Shown here in pieces: positions 27,505-40,320 of a stretch of DNA of 64,000 nt. Numbering within the stretch: position 1 is the stretch's first letter; every line of letters starts with the position of its first letter. Under the pieces are notes generated by a model. The model saw only the letters and a program-made list of their open reading frames with translations. It did no database searches and was not told the origin of the DNA. Source of the DNA: Felis catus (taxonomy: Eukaryota); contig NC_058368.1 in assembly GCF_018350175.1 (NCBI RefSeq), forward strand, positions 49,044,001 to 49,108,000, read 5' to 3'. A program made the translations under genes and the position numbers.

Positions 27505-29289
27505 TAGTTCTTTTGTAATAGCTTTTATGAAGTGTTCAAAAGTGTGATTTCTTAAGTTTTTAGCTATATTCCTTTCCCTTGTATTTGTCTGGACCTCTTA
27601 ATTTAATTGTTGCTTTTTTGCTTTGTTTTGTTTTGTTTTGTTTTTTGGTCTTCTGATTCTTATCCTAGTCAATTTGAATCCTACTCCCAACAGCTTCTTC
27701 TGATTGAGGAGCTTTCTTAGAGGGAAAGTTGGCTGAGTTTTCTGAGATTTTATAGAACAGAGTGATACAAATCCTCCAAAACCTATGGCGAACTCTTGTT
27801 CTCACTCACAAATTGGATCTTTTACAAACTCAGCTCAGTTTCACCTTCTATCTTTAAATTGGCTTGCCACACCTTCCAGAGTATCTGCCGGAAATTCGGG
27901 GCTTCCCATTAGGGTCTATCAGACATTGTGTTGCTTTTCTCTATTTCTTCCTGCACAGATGCTGACATAAGGTACACATTTTAGCTGGTTTGTCTCCATA
28001 CATTTTTATTTTAGAGTTCATAGTGATAGCATGTTACCTAGTTTTGATGTAATGGGTGACTATGATTTTCTTTTTAAATTCTTGTTAGTGTGTCTATTTT
28101 TGTGTGGGTCAGATTTGGAGAGATTATAAACTATAGTGTCACTATATTCTCAGAACCCCTCAAGTAATTTTTCAACCCTGGGAGTCCTCAAATCTTCAGT
28201 ATCTACGTCAACATAAATTTCTGGCCTCAAGTAGAGAGAGCTTTCCTTATCAGAGCAAACTAGGAGGATCCAGCCCAAATACATATATTTCATGTCAGAC
28301 TTCACTGAAAGCCACAGGGCAGCCAATACTTGTCAATATTTTAAAATTTCCTACCCATCTTCCCTAATGCTATACTCTTGATTAGTATATAATTTGCTTA
28401 TAAAAACTCACTAGTAAAAATCTTACAAATATTTATTTTTTCCATGGAATAGCTCTGGTTACAAGCTTTCCAGCCTGTTAACATCTGTATCCTTACTGCC
28501 AGCAACTATATCACAGGGCCAAAGCCCCATACTGTGGCTTATCTTAGATGCAGTCCCATTCTTTGTATTAAATTAATGCTAGCTGAAAGGAAGTTTTAAG
28601 GCTCTAACAGTAGGGAAAGTGGGTAGAAAATTTCAAAATCCATCCACACACGAGAGAAAGAAAGTATACTTGAAAATGAGTTCTAATATTGACAAGGTCT
28701 GTGAACTTAGTTTTTTTTAATTTACAATAAAGGTACTGCCATAAATCACAGTATTACTGTGATGGGTATATTAGTTAATATGTGTAGAGTCTAGAATGAA
28801 GTCACACATCATTCTATGAAGTTCACAGTTAATGAAGATTGTATTCACAGATAATGATTATTGTGTAACATTTGAGAATTCATACTAAGTTGGAAGAGGT
28901 GTTTTATGAGACTTTATCAGATAGTTGTTAACTGAGTTTAAGATGACATTTTAAATGATCTGTTTATTCACTGACTCACAAACTTTATTCATATTTTGTA
29001 ATCTCACAAAGATTTTAAGTGCTCTCATATTATTTGCCTTTCAGATTGAGGCAATGCTTTTTGCCAAAAGAAATACTGTCATATATTGACTGACATTTTC
29101 TGCTCATTAGCATATTTACATAGTGACATTAACAGAAAAAATCTCTGCAAACAATAAAGAGCAACGAACATCATATAGATCCTAAATTAATGACTAGAGG
29201 AATGCATTCTGAATGTAAAGAAAGATTTATGGTTTTGCAAAGGCAATTGCACTGTAAACAGTTTCAGTAATTAGACAGCTGATAATCAT

Positions 29290-31010
29290 AGAAAGATATT
29301 CCATACTCATGGATTCGAAGAATTAATGTTGTTAAAATGTCCATACCACTCAAAGCAGTCTATAGATTCAACACAATCCCTACCAAAACACCAACAGCAT
29401 TTTTCACAGAACTAGAATAAAAAAATACTAAAATTTGTATGAAACCACAAAAGACCCCAAATAGCCATAACAATCTTGAGAAAGAAAAACAAAGCAGCAG
29501 GTATCACAATCCCAGATTTCAAGGTAAATTACAAAGCCATAGTAATCAAAATGGTATGGTACTGGCACTAAAATAGATGCAGAGATCAATGGAACAGAAT
29601 AGAGAGCTCAGAAATAAACCCACAATTATATGGTCAATTGATCCACAACAAAGGAGGCAGGAATATGCAATGGAGAAAGAGAGTTTTCCCAACATTTGTT
29701 GGGAGAACTGGAGAGCTCCATGAAAAAGAATAGAACTGGGCTGCTTTCTCACACAAGACACAAAAATAAACTTGAAATGGATTAAAGACCTACATGTGGG
29801 ACATGAAGCCATAAAACTCGTAGAAAAAAACCACAGGTAGTAATTTCTTTGGCATCAGCTTTCATAACATTTTTCTAAATATGTCTCCTGAGGCAAGAAA
29901 AACAAAAGCAAAATAAACTACTGGGTCTACACCAAAATAAAAAGCATTTGCACAGTGAAGGAAAACATCAACAAATGAAAAGGCAACGTACTGAATGGGA
30001 GAAGATATTTACAAGTGGTATATCCAATAAGGGGCTAGTATCCAAAATATATAAAGAACTTACATAACTTTTGGAGTCAAAAAACTCCAAATAATCTTAT
30101 TAAAACATGAATAGAAGACTTGAAGAGATATGTTCCCAAAGAAGACATTTAGATGGCCAACAGGCACATGCTCAACATCACTATTCATCCAGGAAATACA
30201 AATCAAAACCACAGTGAGAGATCACCTTATACATGTTAAAATGGCTAGAATAATAAAGACAATAAATAACAAGTATTGGCAAGAATGCGGAGAAATAGGA
30301 GAAATGTAAACTGGTGTGGCAACGGCAGAAAACATTGTGGAGTTTCCTCAAAAAATTAAAAATAGAAATACGATACAATCCAGTGAAATATCCACTGGAT
30401 ATTTACTCAAAGAAAATAAGAACACTCATTTGAAAAAGAATATGCATTCTTATATTTACTGCAGTATTATTTACAATAGCTAAGATGCGGAAGCAACCCA
30501 AGGACCCATCAATAGATAAATGGATAAAGAAGATGTGGTATACACAGGCAATGGGATATTACTCAGCCATGCTATTTATGACATAGATGAATCTGGGGGA
30601 TATTATGTTAAGTGAAATAAGTCAGACAGAGAAAGACAAATACCACATAATTCCACTTATGTGTGGAATCTATAAAAAACAAAACAAATGAATAAACAAA
30701 CAAAAAGAAGCAGCAGACTCATAAATACAGAGAACAAACTGATGGTTGCCAGAGGAGAGAATGGGCAAAATGGGTGAAGGGGAGTGGGAATACAATCTTC
30801 CAGTAGTGGAATGAATAAGTCATGGGGATAAAAGGTACAGCACAGGGAATACAGTCAATGATACTGTAGTAGCATTATATGGTGACAGATGGTAGCTACA
30901 TACACTTGTAGCGAGCAGAGCAGAGCATATGGACTTGTCGAATCACTATGTTGTACACTTGAAACTAATGTGACATTGTGTGTCAACTATACTACAACAA
31001 TTAAAAAAAG
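29290..31010 (+). mobile_element. 5'-truncated carnivore-type LINE-1 (ORF2 3' part plus 3'UTR), disrupted
   Basis: Starts 'aaagatattccatactcatggatt'; continuous L1 ORF2/3'UTR similarity through 'tgtcaactatactacaacaattaaaaaaa'; possible degenerate TSD ga(c/t)agct(g/a)ataat at 29274 and 31027. Confidence 0.93.
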
Positions 31011-31440
31011 TGGGATCAAGAAAAATGATAGCTAATAATATAATGTTGATTTTCTAGTTTGGGATAGATAAGAATAAAGAATTATTGTACATTTTCTACA
31101 GCTCATAGGAAAGACTTTCCATGTTTCTGTTGCAAATTGAAATTAACAAATCAGGAAGTATTGCTAAGTGATTAATGTGTGCCAAAATTTGGGCTAAAAA
31201 CGTACATTTTATAAATAATCAATTCAAACATTCTGCAATGGTTCAGTGTTTTGAAATACATAGTCGATTATTTATTCGTCATTTATTTATTGACTAGCAA
31301 GTTTCAATAACACAGATCAAAATATAAGTAATCAGAAGTGTCGACAATAATCTAACACTTTGGGTCCATTTTCAGTGTTAAAATCACTAGAACAAACGAT
31401 CTTTATAGTTATCTACAAGCCTCATAGGTTTGACACATAT

Positions 31441-31472
<32 letters not shown>

Positions 31473-31849
31473 AAGACACCTATCATACTCTGGACAGAAA
31501 TGACTAAACAGTAAAGTCTCTGCTCATGTTCCTGTACCTTTTGTCAGAAATGTCAAAGAATCCACCACGTTTTAAAGAATTAGAAGATATAATTTCAGCT
31601 TACAATTGCTATATGAAGAGCAGCATTTCTTTCCATCCAAAGCTGGGATGGTATAAAATTCCCCCAACTGCTAATGTGCAAGACAGATACTATGCTGAGA
31701 GCCAAGACAGCAGAACAAAACAGTGTCCTCAAAACAGAGTGAGCAAAGAATCATCAGGGTCCCGCAAATCGTTAAAAGAAGCCCTTCTAAAAATAATACA
31801 AATAGAAAGAACAGACATTTGCGGGGGGGGGGGGGGTGTTGATTATTGG

Positions 31850-32030
31850 CACACATTGCACTTGACATTCATTCACTCATTTAACCCTCAGAAGACCTTT
31901 TCACATAGGTCCTATTATTGTCCTTATATTACTGATGAGAAAACTAACAGGTAAGAATTTCAGTGACTTGTCTAGCATCACAAGGTAATGTGTAAGTAGC
32001 AGGGCTGAGGTTTGAACAAAGGTCTTTCTA
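31850..32030 (-). mobile_element. MIR SINE
   Basis: 'ctcatttaaccctca...tactgatgagaaaact...gtgacttgtctagcatcac...gggctgaggtttgaac'. Confidence 0.75.
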
Positions 32031-32099
32031 TATTGGGTACAAATAGAAAAAGCAATGTCTCATTAATTTAATTACAATTGAAAGTCCTCAGAAAAAGGC

Positions 32100-33960
32100 A
32101 CATTTTGTCTCAACCACACCAACATGCAAAAGAATGCTTTTCATTTTTAAATTTAGTTTTTTAGTCAAAGATCTGTAGGTAAATAACATAATTTTTAATA
32201 AAACATGTATTTAAACAAAATTTCTTTATGACCAAATATAGAACAGTAAAAAAAAGAAAAAAATCATAAACTAAGCCAGAAAATCCCTTTACTCATTAAA
32301 CAAAAATTGAGATCACATTCAATGACCATAATATAATTAGTAATAACAAAATTTAAGCAATAAAAAGAAAAAGTATGGAAATTTAAGAATCCTAAATAAT
32401 TATTGTAACATAAATATCTAGGACAATATCAGATCATGTAGAATATAAAGCAAATGATACTACTATCCATTAACAGTCTAATTTATTCCTTAATATTTCA
32501 AAACTTCAATAAGAGGGGTTCCTGGATGGCTCAGTCAGTTAAGCGTCCGACTCTTGAGTTTGGCTCAGGTCATGATTTCACTATTTGTGAGTCTGAGCCC
32601 TGCTTAGGGCTCTACACTGACAGCGTGGGGTATGGGGCGCCTGCTAGGGATTCTCCCCACTCCCACCCCACCTTGCCACCTCTCTCCCCTCCCCTGTGTG
32701 CGCATGCACACACAGATGGGTGCTTGTGCGTGCACAGGCATACTCTTTCTCAAAATAAATAAACTTTAAAAAAAGCTTTAAAAAATGGAGGAAAAAATAT
32801 ATCAATCGAACAAAAAGATTAGATAAGTTAAAGAAAAAAAACGAAATAGGAATCAACAAATATAACCTAAGTCAGCAAATCAGAATACAGGAAAACAACA
32901 AGTGATAAGTTCTCATAGCTTGATAAAGAAAATGTAGACCAAATTCTAAAAAATATAATCCAGGAGTATTGGAATTCACCTCGATACATAAAATAGGGAA
33001 TAATAAAGGAAACTAACAGACAATAAAATGTAAAAAAGCTTTTGTGAATATTTAAAAAATATCAGTGAAATGTTTACTTCCTATGTTAGAAAGTAAAAAT
33101 CACACTGAACAAAGGAAGATAATTAAAAAATTACTAAGGAAACACTTTAAAGGATAAGTTCTTTCAAACTTTCAAGGCAATACTTTCCATTCCATGCATA
33201 CTTTTCCTAAGTTTTAGAATTTAGAATAAATAAATATATTCTTTTAAATTAACGTAAAAAACCAATAAAGGATAATTATCTAATTTATTTTATGTGGTTA
33301 ATACAATCCTGATACCAAAGTAAAATGTCTGCCCACTACACCAAAAAATTATACATCAATCCCTACGATATAAAAGATCTATAAATGATACTTTACACAG
33401 TACACATACATAAGAGTTGTCTGAATAGTGCTGGTTCCAGGAATATAAGAACACTACAAGGTCTAAGTTCTGATAGGCAGTGACTTACAAATGACTTACA
33501 GAAGGGTGCACAGTTATTTAAAAACAATAATAAAACTGAATAAAATTCCTCTCCTTTTCATTATAACCATGCACTGGAAATTAAGGATTAATGTCCTATT
33601 ATATAAGAAGGTCCTAAAAATAGTGACTGTAAATAGTGGCATGTCAAAAAAAAAGGCAAAGGGTAGGAGGTGAAAATTGTTACAATTCATGAAAGCTAAA
33701 ATACAGACACCCACCTTCCAGAGCCAACAGCATCTGAACCAGTGATGAGAATACACATTTGAGTTCCTGTTCAATTAGCAATCATGAAAGATGGCCTAAA
33801 TTGACCCTAGGATACAAATAAATACTCTGGAAGTATTTGACATGCCATAGTGTATTATGTATATATACATATTTCTTAGAAGTATGAAAATAAATAATTT
33901 TAGATTTTAACTTTTATATACCTTTTGGTATTTCTAAATGTCTTCAGCAGGCACTTACAA
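32100..33960 (+). mobile_element. Old decayed LINE-1 (L1M), sense
   Basis: A-rich; 'caaactttcaagg' and 'atacaatcctgataccaaa' resemble ORF2 motifs. Confidence 0.55.
32515..32772 (+). mobile_element. Carnivore SINE (SINEC)
   Basis: 'ggggttcctggatggctcagtcagttaagcgtccgactcttg' head; 'caaaataaataaac' tail. Confidence 0.93.
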
Positions 33961-36339
33961 TTTTAAAAAATATATATTACAAAAATGACTCTCTCTTCAT
34001 ATATATATGCACGCGCGCGTGTGTGTGTGTGTGTGTATAATATTTGGATGAGACAAAAGGAATACTGCTATATATTATAGTTGCAAACCACCACAGGATC
34101 TTAAGATAAGAAAGAACATCCCAACAACCTCCCGTTTAGGAAGTTGGTTGAATGGCATGGGAGTCACTTGTAAATAATTATTACTTTTATGATACAAATG
34201 TTTTTGAAGGACAGCTAAAGTCCTTATTAAAAATGTATTATGCCCCTGTGAAATTTCTCCACCCCTAAGATTAATATATTTGAGGAAGATGGAGTATTTT
34301 TCTACCTCGTAATCCCACATGAAGGATAATTTTGGGCAGTGCCACAGGTTAAGTGTGTATCATGAAGTTCACTTTCCTCTCCACTGCCATTTCTCTCCGT
34401 TAATTCAATGAAAAGTCCACCAAAATACAGTATGACTCAGAATACGGAAGCTGTGGCTACGCAAGAAAAGTTCATTCAAAATTGATTTTCTTTCAGGAAT
34501 CCCTGATATTCTTCATTCCAATTGTTCCCCTCTACTGTAGGCCTCGGTAAACACTTAAGCAAGTTGCCACGCGCTGCAGCCTGCTGGAGACATGAAGGAA
34601 TGTAGAGCGGGATAATCACAACATCATCAACCCAATTCTCCAAGGTAGCTGGCCAATAATGCTGTTCTAATTGAATAACTTATCCACAGCTATTTCCCCT
34701 GGGAGAGCCAAAGGCTCAGCCTCCGCTAAGAGGCAGATGGTGCCGCATATACAATGAAACCTGTAATTTTCTCTTGCCATTGGACATGCTAACAGTGGGC
34801 TGTTTCTGCTTATTCTTTAATATTTTATTTTAATAGTCCCTTCCCAAATTATAATGTACCATGAAGCAGCCAAAGATGGATTGAGTGATACATATCATGT
34901 TTAATTTATCACACCTCTAGCTCACCGAACAACTCACTTGGTAATCAGCAGGAGTATATGTCAGTCAGGTGCAAACTGATATGAAAGCAACAGAAAAGAA
35001 CCCAATTAAAACCAAAAGGGGAGATGAGTCTTCAGGGTGGCATGGCATTAACTAGCAGCAAAGTATGGAACATCAAATGCATTCTAATTCCGATTTTTTT
35101 AGCGGTAATTTGCAGTGGAATATGCATACCCTGTGTATTTGGTAAGACAATGGAAAGATTGTGTTTTGCTCAACCGATTCGACCACCGGGCTCTAAAGGA
35201 GGGTGAAGGGCTATGCAGCTGCTTGGTTTTGATCTTCTACTGGCAGCCAAAATTGTAAGAGGAAAGTGCAGGCTTAAGGGGTAAGCAGTGACAGCCCATC
35301 AGTGGTCTAACAACAAGACAAATGACAGGCCCACAGGCACACCGAGGACGGCCAGCCCATCAGCTTTGAAGACTGCCAAATGGCAGCTACAGAGATGGAA
35401 GGTCATTCAGACTTGAACGTTTGGGTCTTGCTGGGGTCTTTCTGCCCTGGAAACATTCTTCCATACAGAGAGCCCCTCCTGGAAGAGTGAAAAGTCACCA
35501 AAATTAAATGGACACAAAGAAAGGAGACCTGTCACTATTGTACGATACTTCTTGGGCAAAAACCACGTCATGAAGAAGCCCCCACTTAGCAAAGATCTGT
35601 CTCTGCAATTTACCTCAGAGGAGGAATGCTTTCATAGCCCTAGTGAATACGTAGACTATTGCTGCTGTTTGTCAGAAATGCCAAGACACACAAGAAAGCT
35701 CTTGGTGTCAGAGGGCAGCGCAGATCTGCCTGTGGTAATTGAAAACAGCGATGAGATTGGGTTGATTTTATTTTGGAAAAGGTAAATCAGTGCTGCAGCA
35801 CGATGACATGGATAATTCATGAAGCTGCTGGTTTGTACTAGACACCCAACATGTCTTTCAGAAGGAAATGACACAACAATTAATGTGTCAGATAATAATG
35901 TGCCACTTGGAGAAAGATAATTGTAGCCGGCGTTAGATAGTTATTAGGTCAGAACGCACGCTCATGCTTTCAAAGGCAACAGTCTATTCATGCTGACATC
36001 CCACTGTAAGTAAAGTATTGTGTTCATAAGCACACAGGCTACAGCCAGGGATGCTGAGTTCTATCTGATTTTTCTCTGCTTGGAATAATACTCTCATGAT
36101 TCCCTAAACAACACCCTCAGTCATGTGAAACACAGGTGAAGGTATTGAAAGAAATGGAGAGATAAATGAGGGGCTTTGCTACTTGCATAAAATAAAGTAT
36201 AAGCAGTGTCCCCAAGAAGGTTTGAGCATATGTAACAAAAACTATCAGATCTGAGTTTGTTCACATGTAAAAGATAGACTGTCCTTCTAGTGATTTAATA
36301 TATAAGCATATCAATCAATCACAACATGGCCTCCAAAGT

Positions 36340-36480
36340 GATTTCACCTCACTGACACTCCATTTCTTCATTTGAAAGATGCAAATAGGAAAATATGCTA
36401 TATATTTAACTTCAAGATCAACTGAGGAGGTCAAGATAAAAGGATATGAGAAAATATTTTGCAAATATAAAGGACTGTGT
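36340..36480 (+). mobile_element. MIR fragment
   Basis: 'cacctcactgacactccatttcttcatttgaaagatg...gaggaggtcaagataa'. Confidence 0.55.
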
Positions 36481-37479
36481 CAATATAATATAGCCAATGT
36501 GCCTACTGGAGATCAAATGTATTACCTTTTGTACAGAGATGATTTTACTCCAAGAAAAACTGGGCAAAGTCTTAGGTACTTAAAAGCAGAAGAATATATA
36601 GTGGATAGGGGTTCTCTTAAGACCATCTGCCCTGTACTGAACTAAATACTTTATCCAACAAAGAAAGATAAACTAAAATATATGATTATTGTATATGCAC
36701 ATACTTCTTCTTTATTTACTCAAGCATAGTTGAGATATGAAAAATCATATTTAGCTATATTGTTGGAAGGAGAGAAACACTGTTCGGGGGTATTTTATCT
36801 GTAGAATCCATTGAACTGGTTGTTGCTGTAAAGGTATTTAAAATAAATAAAATGTGATTATTTCTATGTAAAACACTCAAGGTGTTCAATTGTACCTCAT
36901 GGACAAGAATGGGACAACACCTTGTCCTTTGTGAGGATGTTTCCCCAAGTGATATATAGACCACAAACAGTAAAAGAAAAAGTTTACAGTGAGGTCCTTG
37001 ACCTTGAGTAGCATATGACAGACATTCTTTCTTACCTGAAAGAGATTTTGTTAGGGGAAATCAAACTAATACGTAACAAACAGGTAATTAAAGTAGGTAG
37101 TGCTAAGAGAGAGGAGAGATGGTAAACTAACCTGCTGAAGGTAAATACTAATTAAGATTAGAGATTACAGGAATGTCTGTTTTAACAACATATAAGTATT
37201 CCTTAAAAAACTTTCTTTTCTGCAAAAAATGCCTAAAAAATTAACAGAGCTTATAGGAAAAACAGGGCTGGGACCAATCACTCAAAAATCACAGAACATA
37301 GTAAAAAAAAAAAAAGTGAATGCAATCCATTTACATCTTCATCATCATTTGCACACACAACATGGTCAGTCCATCTTTTTCGGTCTTAAACCTGAAGCCT
37401 TGTATTTCCTCCTTCAAAACTTAGTACAGTGAGGAACTTTGATCAAAATTAACAATATAGATGGTTCCAGTTCCTCCAA

Positions 37480-38090
37480 GATACAGTAGCCCCAGTCCTG
37501 CGAGCTCCCCCCATTACACTAAAACAACAACAATAAAACTCTGGACAGAGTATCAGCACAGGAGGTCTCTGCAAAGTGAAAGAAGGCTGATTGCTGAGGA
37601 CCTCAGGACTTGAAAAACAGCATGGCGGTGAACTTTGTGGGTTTCCTTATTACTCCCCATATATCCCAGATAGCGTACTTCAGAAGCCACCAACTCATAA
37701 CCACCAACAGGCATCGACATAAAAAGCTCCAAGAAAATCCTGTATCCTCTTGCCAAAGGCCTGGGGAAACAGTGGTCTAATAATAGAAAAACATTTTGGC
37801 AACACCCACCCTACTTCAGCCAAAACTGAAGGGAAAAACTCCTGAATCTCCACATCCACCTGGCATGAGTGAAGCTGAATGAAGTGTTGGGAGGTGGGGC
37901 TCAGGGTTCACTGGTACTCTCTCCTCCTTGTCCCCTCCCTGGTAGCCGTGGGGCCGAAGGAGAGCTGATCTTATACTCTCTGTGTGGGTTGGTGCTCTAT
38001 GGTCTCTGGGACATTATCAGCTAGAAACAGAGGGAGTTGAACTTCAACCTCATCTTATAACCATCTGCTATAAGTACTGTGAGTCAGTGC
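37480..38090 (+). mobile_element. Probable old L1M 5' region
   Basis: 'aaaaagctccaagaaaatcctgtatcctcttgccaaagg' recalls L1M 5'-end consensus; uncertain. Confidence 0.4.
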
Positions 38091-38119
38091 CCCACTTGAA
38101 TGAAGTCTTTTAAAAATAA

Positions 38120-38265
38120 TCTTTTCTTGAAAGTGATATCACTTCCATCTTGATATTCAAGAGAAGTCACTAAGTCCAACTTATCTCGAAGGGAAGGGGA
38201 TTAAGTTCTGCCTCTTGATAGAAGACGTAGTGGAGACTTTGTAGACTATCTTTTAAGCCACCACA
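38120..38265 (-). mobile_element. MaLR LTR fragment (MLT1F/G-like)
   Basis: 'aagtcactaagtccaac...aagggaaggggattaagttctgcctcttgat...ttttaagccaccaca'. Confidence 0.65.
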
Positions 38266-38489
38266 GAGGCTCTTCTAGAGTGTTCAAGGAAGAGGGTGCA
38301 ACGTATGTAGAAAGGCCCAAAGTTTGGAGTTGAAAACCCATAAACCCATGGTCCTTCTGATCACCTGATATTGGTAGCCACTGAGTGAGGCAGTGGTAAG
38401 CAAAAATGAACAATCTGGCATGGGATAGCAGCCCTAGGAAACTAATGTAACTCTTGCCTCAAAACTGGCAATCCCTCCCTTTTCTCCTG

Positions 38490-39050
38490 GGTGACCTCAT
38501 CTTGTAGTTTACTAATAAAATAGATGCGACCAGATAAAATCAATCTCATCTTTCCACCAAGCCCATAAATGCACTGGTGTCTATATACGTAGTTGGCCCT
38601 GTCTTATGGTCCCTCTTCCTATCAGACCATCTCTCTACTACTCTTTCTTACCCAGTTTGGTTACCCAATTACCCCTTTTCTGTTCTGTAATATTATCAGT
38701 CTCTACTGGATCATTTCCATTTGCTTAAAAACATGCCTTGATACAAATACTCTTTTTTCTCCCTTGACCTCATATCCCTCCCAAAATACTGTTTATTTTT
38801 TCTGCTTCCCCAACAGTTAATCTCCCCAAAGAGTTGTCAATATACAGTTTCCACCTTCGTACTTCTTCCTTGTTGTCTTATTTAGTTTTATCATGTTTTT
38901 CTTTCCACCATTCTGCTGAAATACCTCCTATCAGGGTCACTAATGTCTTGCATTTTGCCAGTTCTCTGCCTTCATTTTATGCATCTCGCAGCAGTTGACA
39001 GTGGTTTACCACTCCCTTTTATCTGCCACTTTCAGCATTAGGCATCTGCA
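38490..39050 (+). mobile_element. L2 LINE internal fragment
   Basis: 'tcagggtcactaatgtcttgcattttgcca...atctcgcagcagttgacagtggtttaccactccc' resembles the L2 RT region. Confidence 0.7.
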
Positions 39051-39131
39051 GATCTTATCCCACCATCATTTCCATGACAGGTTGAAATAATTTGGGGAAT
39101 GGCATTTGCAAGTAGATACTGATTCTCAGTC

Positions 39132-39133
<2 letters not shown>

Positions 39134-39173
<40 letters not shown>

Positions 39174-39232
39174 TGCGCACGCGCGTGTGTGCGTGTGCGT
39201 GTGTGTGTCTGTGCACGTGCATGTGCGTGTGC
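39134..39232. repeat. (TG)n/(CG)n alternating purine-pyrimidine tract
   Basis: Directly visible. Confidence 0.97.
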
Positions 39233-39819
39233 TGGGGTGTATCTTTTTAAAACTTGTTAGAAGGTTTGGGATTAATTATTTTGTCTTATTTTTATTACAG
39301 TCATATACTTGGGCCAAATATTCTAGGAACTGAAGGACATTTAGAGATGGCCTGAAAAGCCACAATCAATGGCCAAAATAATTTTAAGCAAAACTAGAAT
39401 CTGTGTTATCAAGGGTTCACTTACAAAACATAAATACAAATTAAGATTGCCAAATACCATAAGCAAGCAGATTCTACATTTTTTTTTCACATCTGTTATG
39501 CTTGTTTGTTTTTCTGCCTAGGGGCAGATAAAGAATGTAGATAGATGTGCATGTTTTCCAGAATAAGATTCCAAGTTGAGAACATAGCTCAGTACCTAGA
39601 ATGGGTCTGGGTTGCAGACAATCTTATGATGCCAGATGTGAGACGTGGAAGAGAATCGTGTTAACAAGAATGTTTCTAAGTGTTACCCCAGACTAGCAAA
39701 AATCCAGATTAGTACTACAGGGAAGTAGGACTAGAAGGGGGCATGAGGGTGGTGGTGTCTTTGCTCATGTTGATGCATTCTCCACAGGGGTAGCTGGTCT
39801 ACGTTGAAGCAAATAATGA

Positions 39820-40010
39820 GAGAAATGAGAGAGATGTAGAGGATGAGAGAGAATGAGTGAGAGAGAGAGAGAGAGAGAGGAGACAGAGAGAGAGGTTGGG
39901 GGAGAGGGAGAGATGGACACAGCAGCTACTAATCAGACAGAGAGAGAGAGAGAGAGAGGGAAAGAGAGAGAAAGGGATCAGGCGAGACTGGAGATGGAGA
40001 GAAGAAGGAC
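39820..40010. repeat. GA-rich low-complexity/(GA)n
   Basis: Directly visible. Confidence 0.9.
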
Positions 40011-40029
40011 ACAGGAGCTACTAATCAAT

Positions 40030-40282
40030 GGTAGATACAGAAATAGGTGTTTAAATATACCTGCTCCCTTATCTTTCTCGAGGATTAGTTCTGCTTCCTG
40101 TATCTCCCTCATGGGATTAATAAGATTTTCCCAGTCTCCACTGTGACAGCTGACTTAAGCATGCATCCTTCTCAATGTCATTTCACCACTCCATTGCTCA
40201 TCTTTACATACTTCCTAAATACCTACTTGCATTCAAAGTCCTGCCTCAGGATTTGTTTGTGGAGGAATGAAAACCAAAATGC
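40030..40282 (+). mobile_element. ERVL LTR 3' part, LTR16-like
   Basis: 'cctaaatacctacttgcattcaaagtcctgcctcaggatttgtttgtggaggaa' resembles the LTR16 3' terminus. Confidence 0.65.
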
Positions 40283-40320
40283 CACCTAACCTGTTGGAAG
40301 TCCTGGTCCAAAGAAACATG

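Larger units (their letters stand above)
21850..28160 (-). mobile_element. Patchwork of old antisense LINE-1 (L1M) fragments hosting younger insertions
   Basis: T-rich; antisense L1 motifs such as 'tttggtagatattgccaaatt', 'tgatacaagttgcaaatattttccc' and 'gtcagtttggctgaatataaaat'. Internal boundaries unresolved. Confidence 0.6.

Noticed and set aside
31010..31025. Possible L1 3' transduction between A-runs
   Set aside because: Only about 10 nt, and indistinguishable from poly-A decay.
31526..31954. 142-aa ORF
   Set aside because: No recognisable domain; it runs through a poly-G tract and into an antisense MIR.
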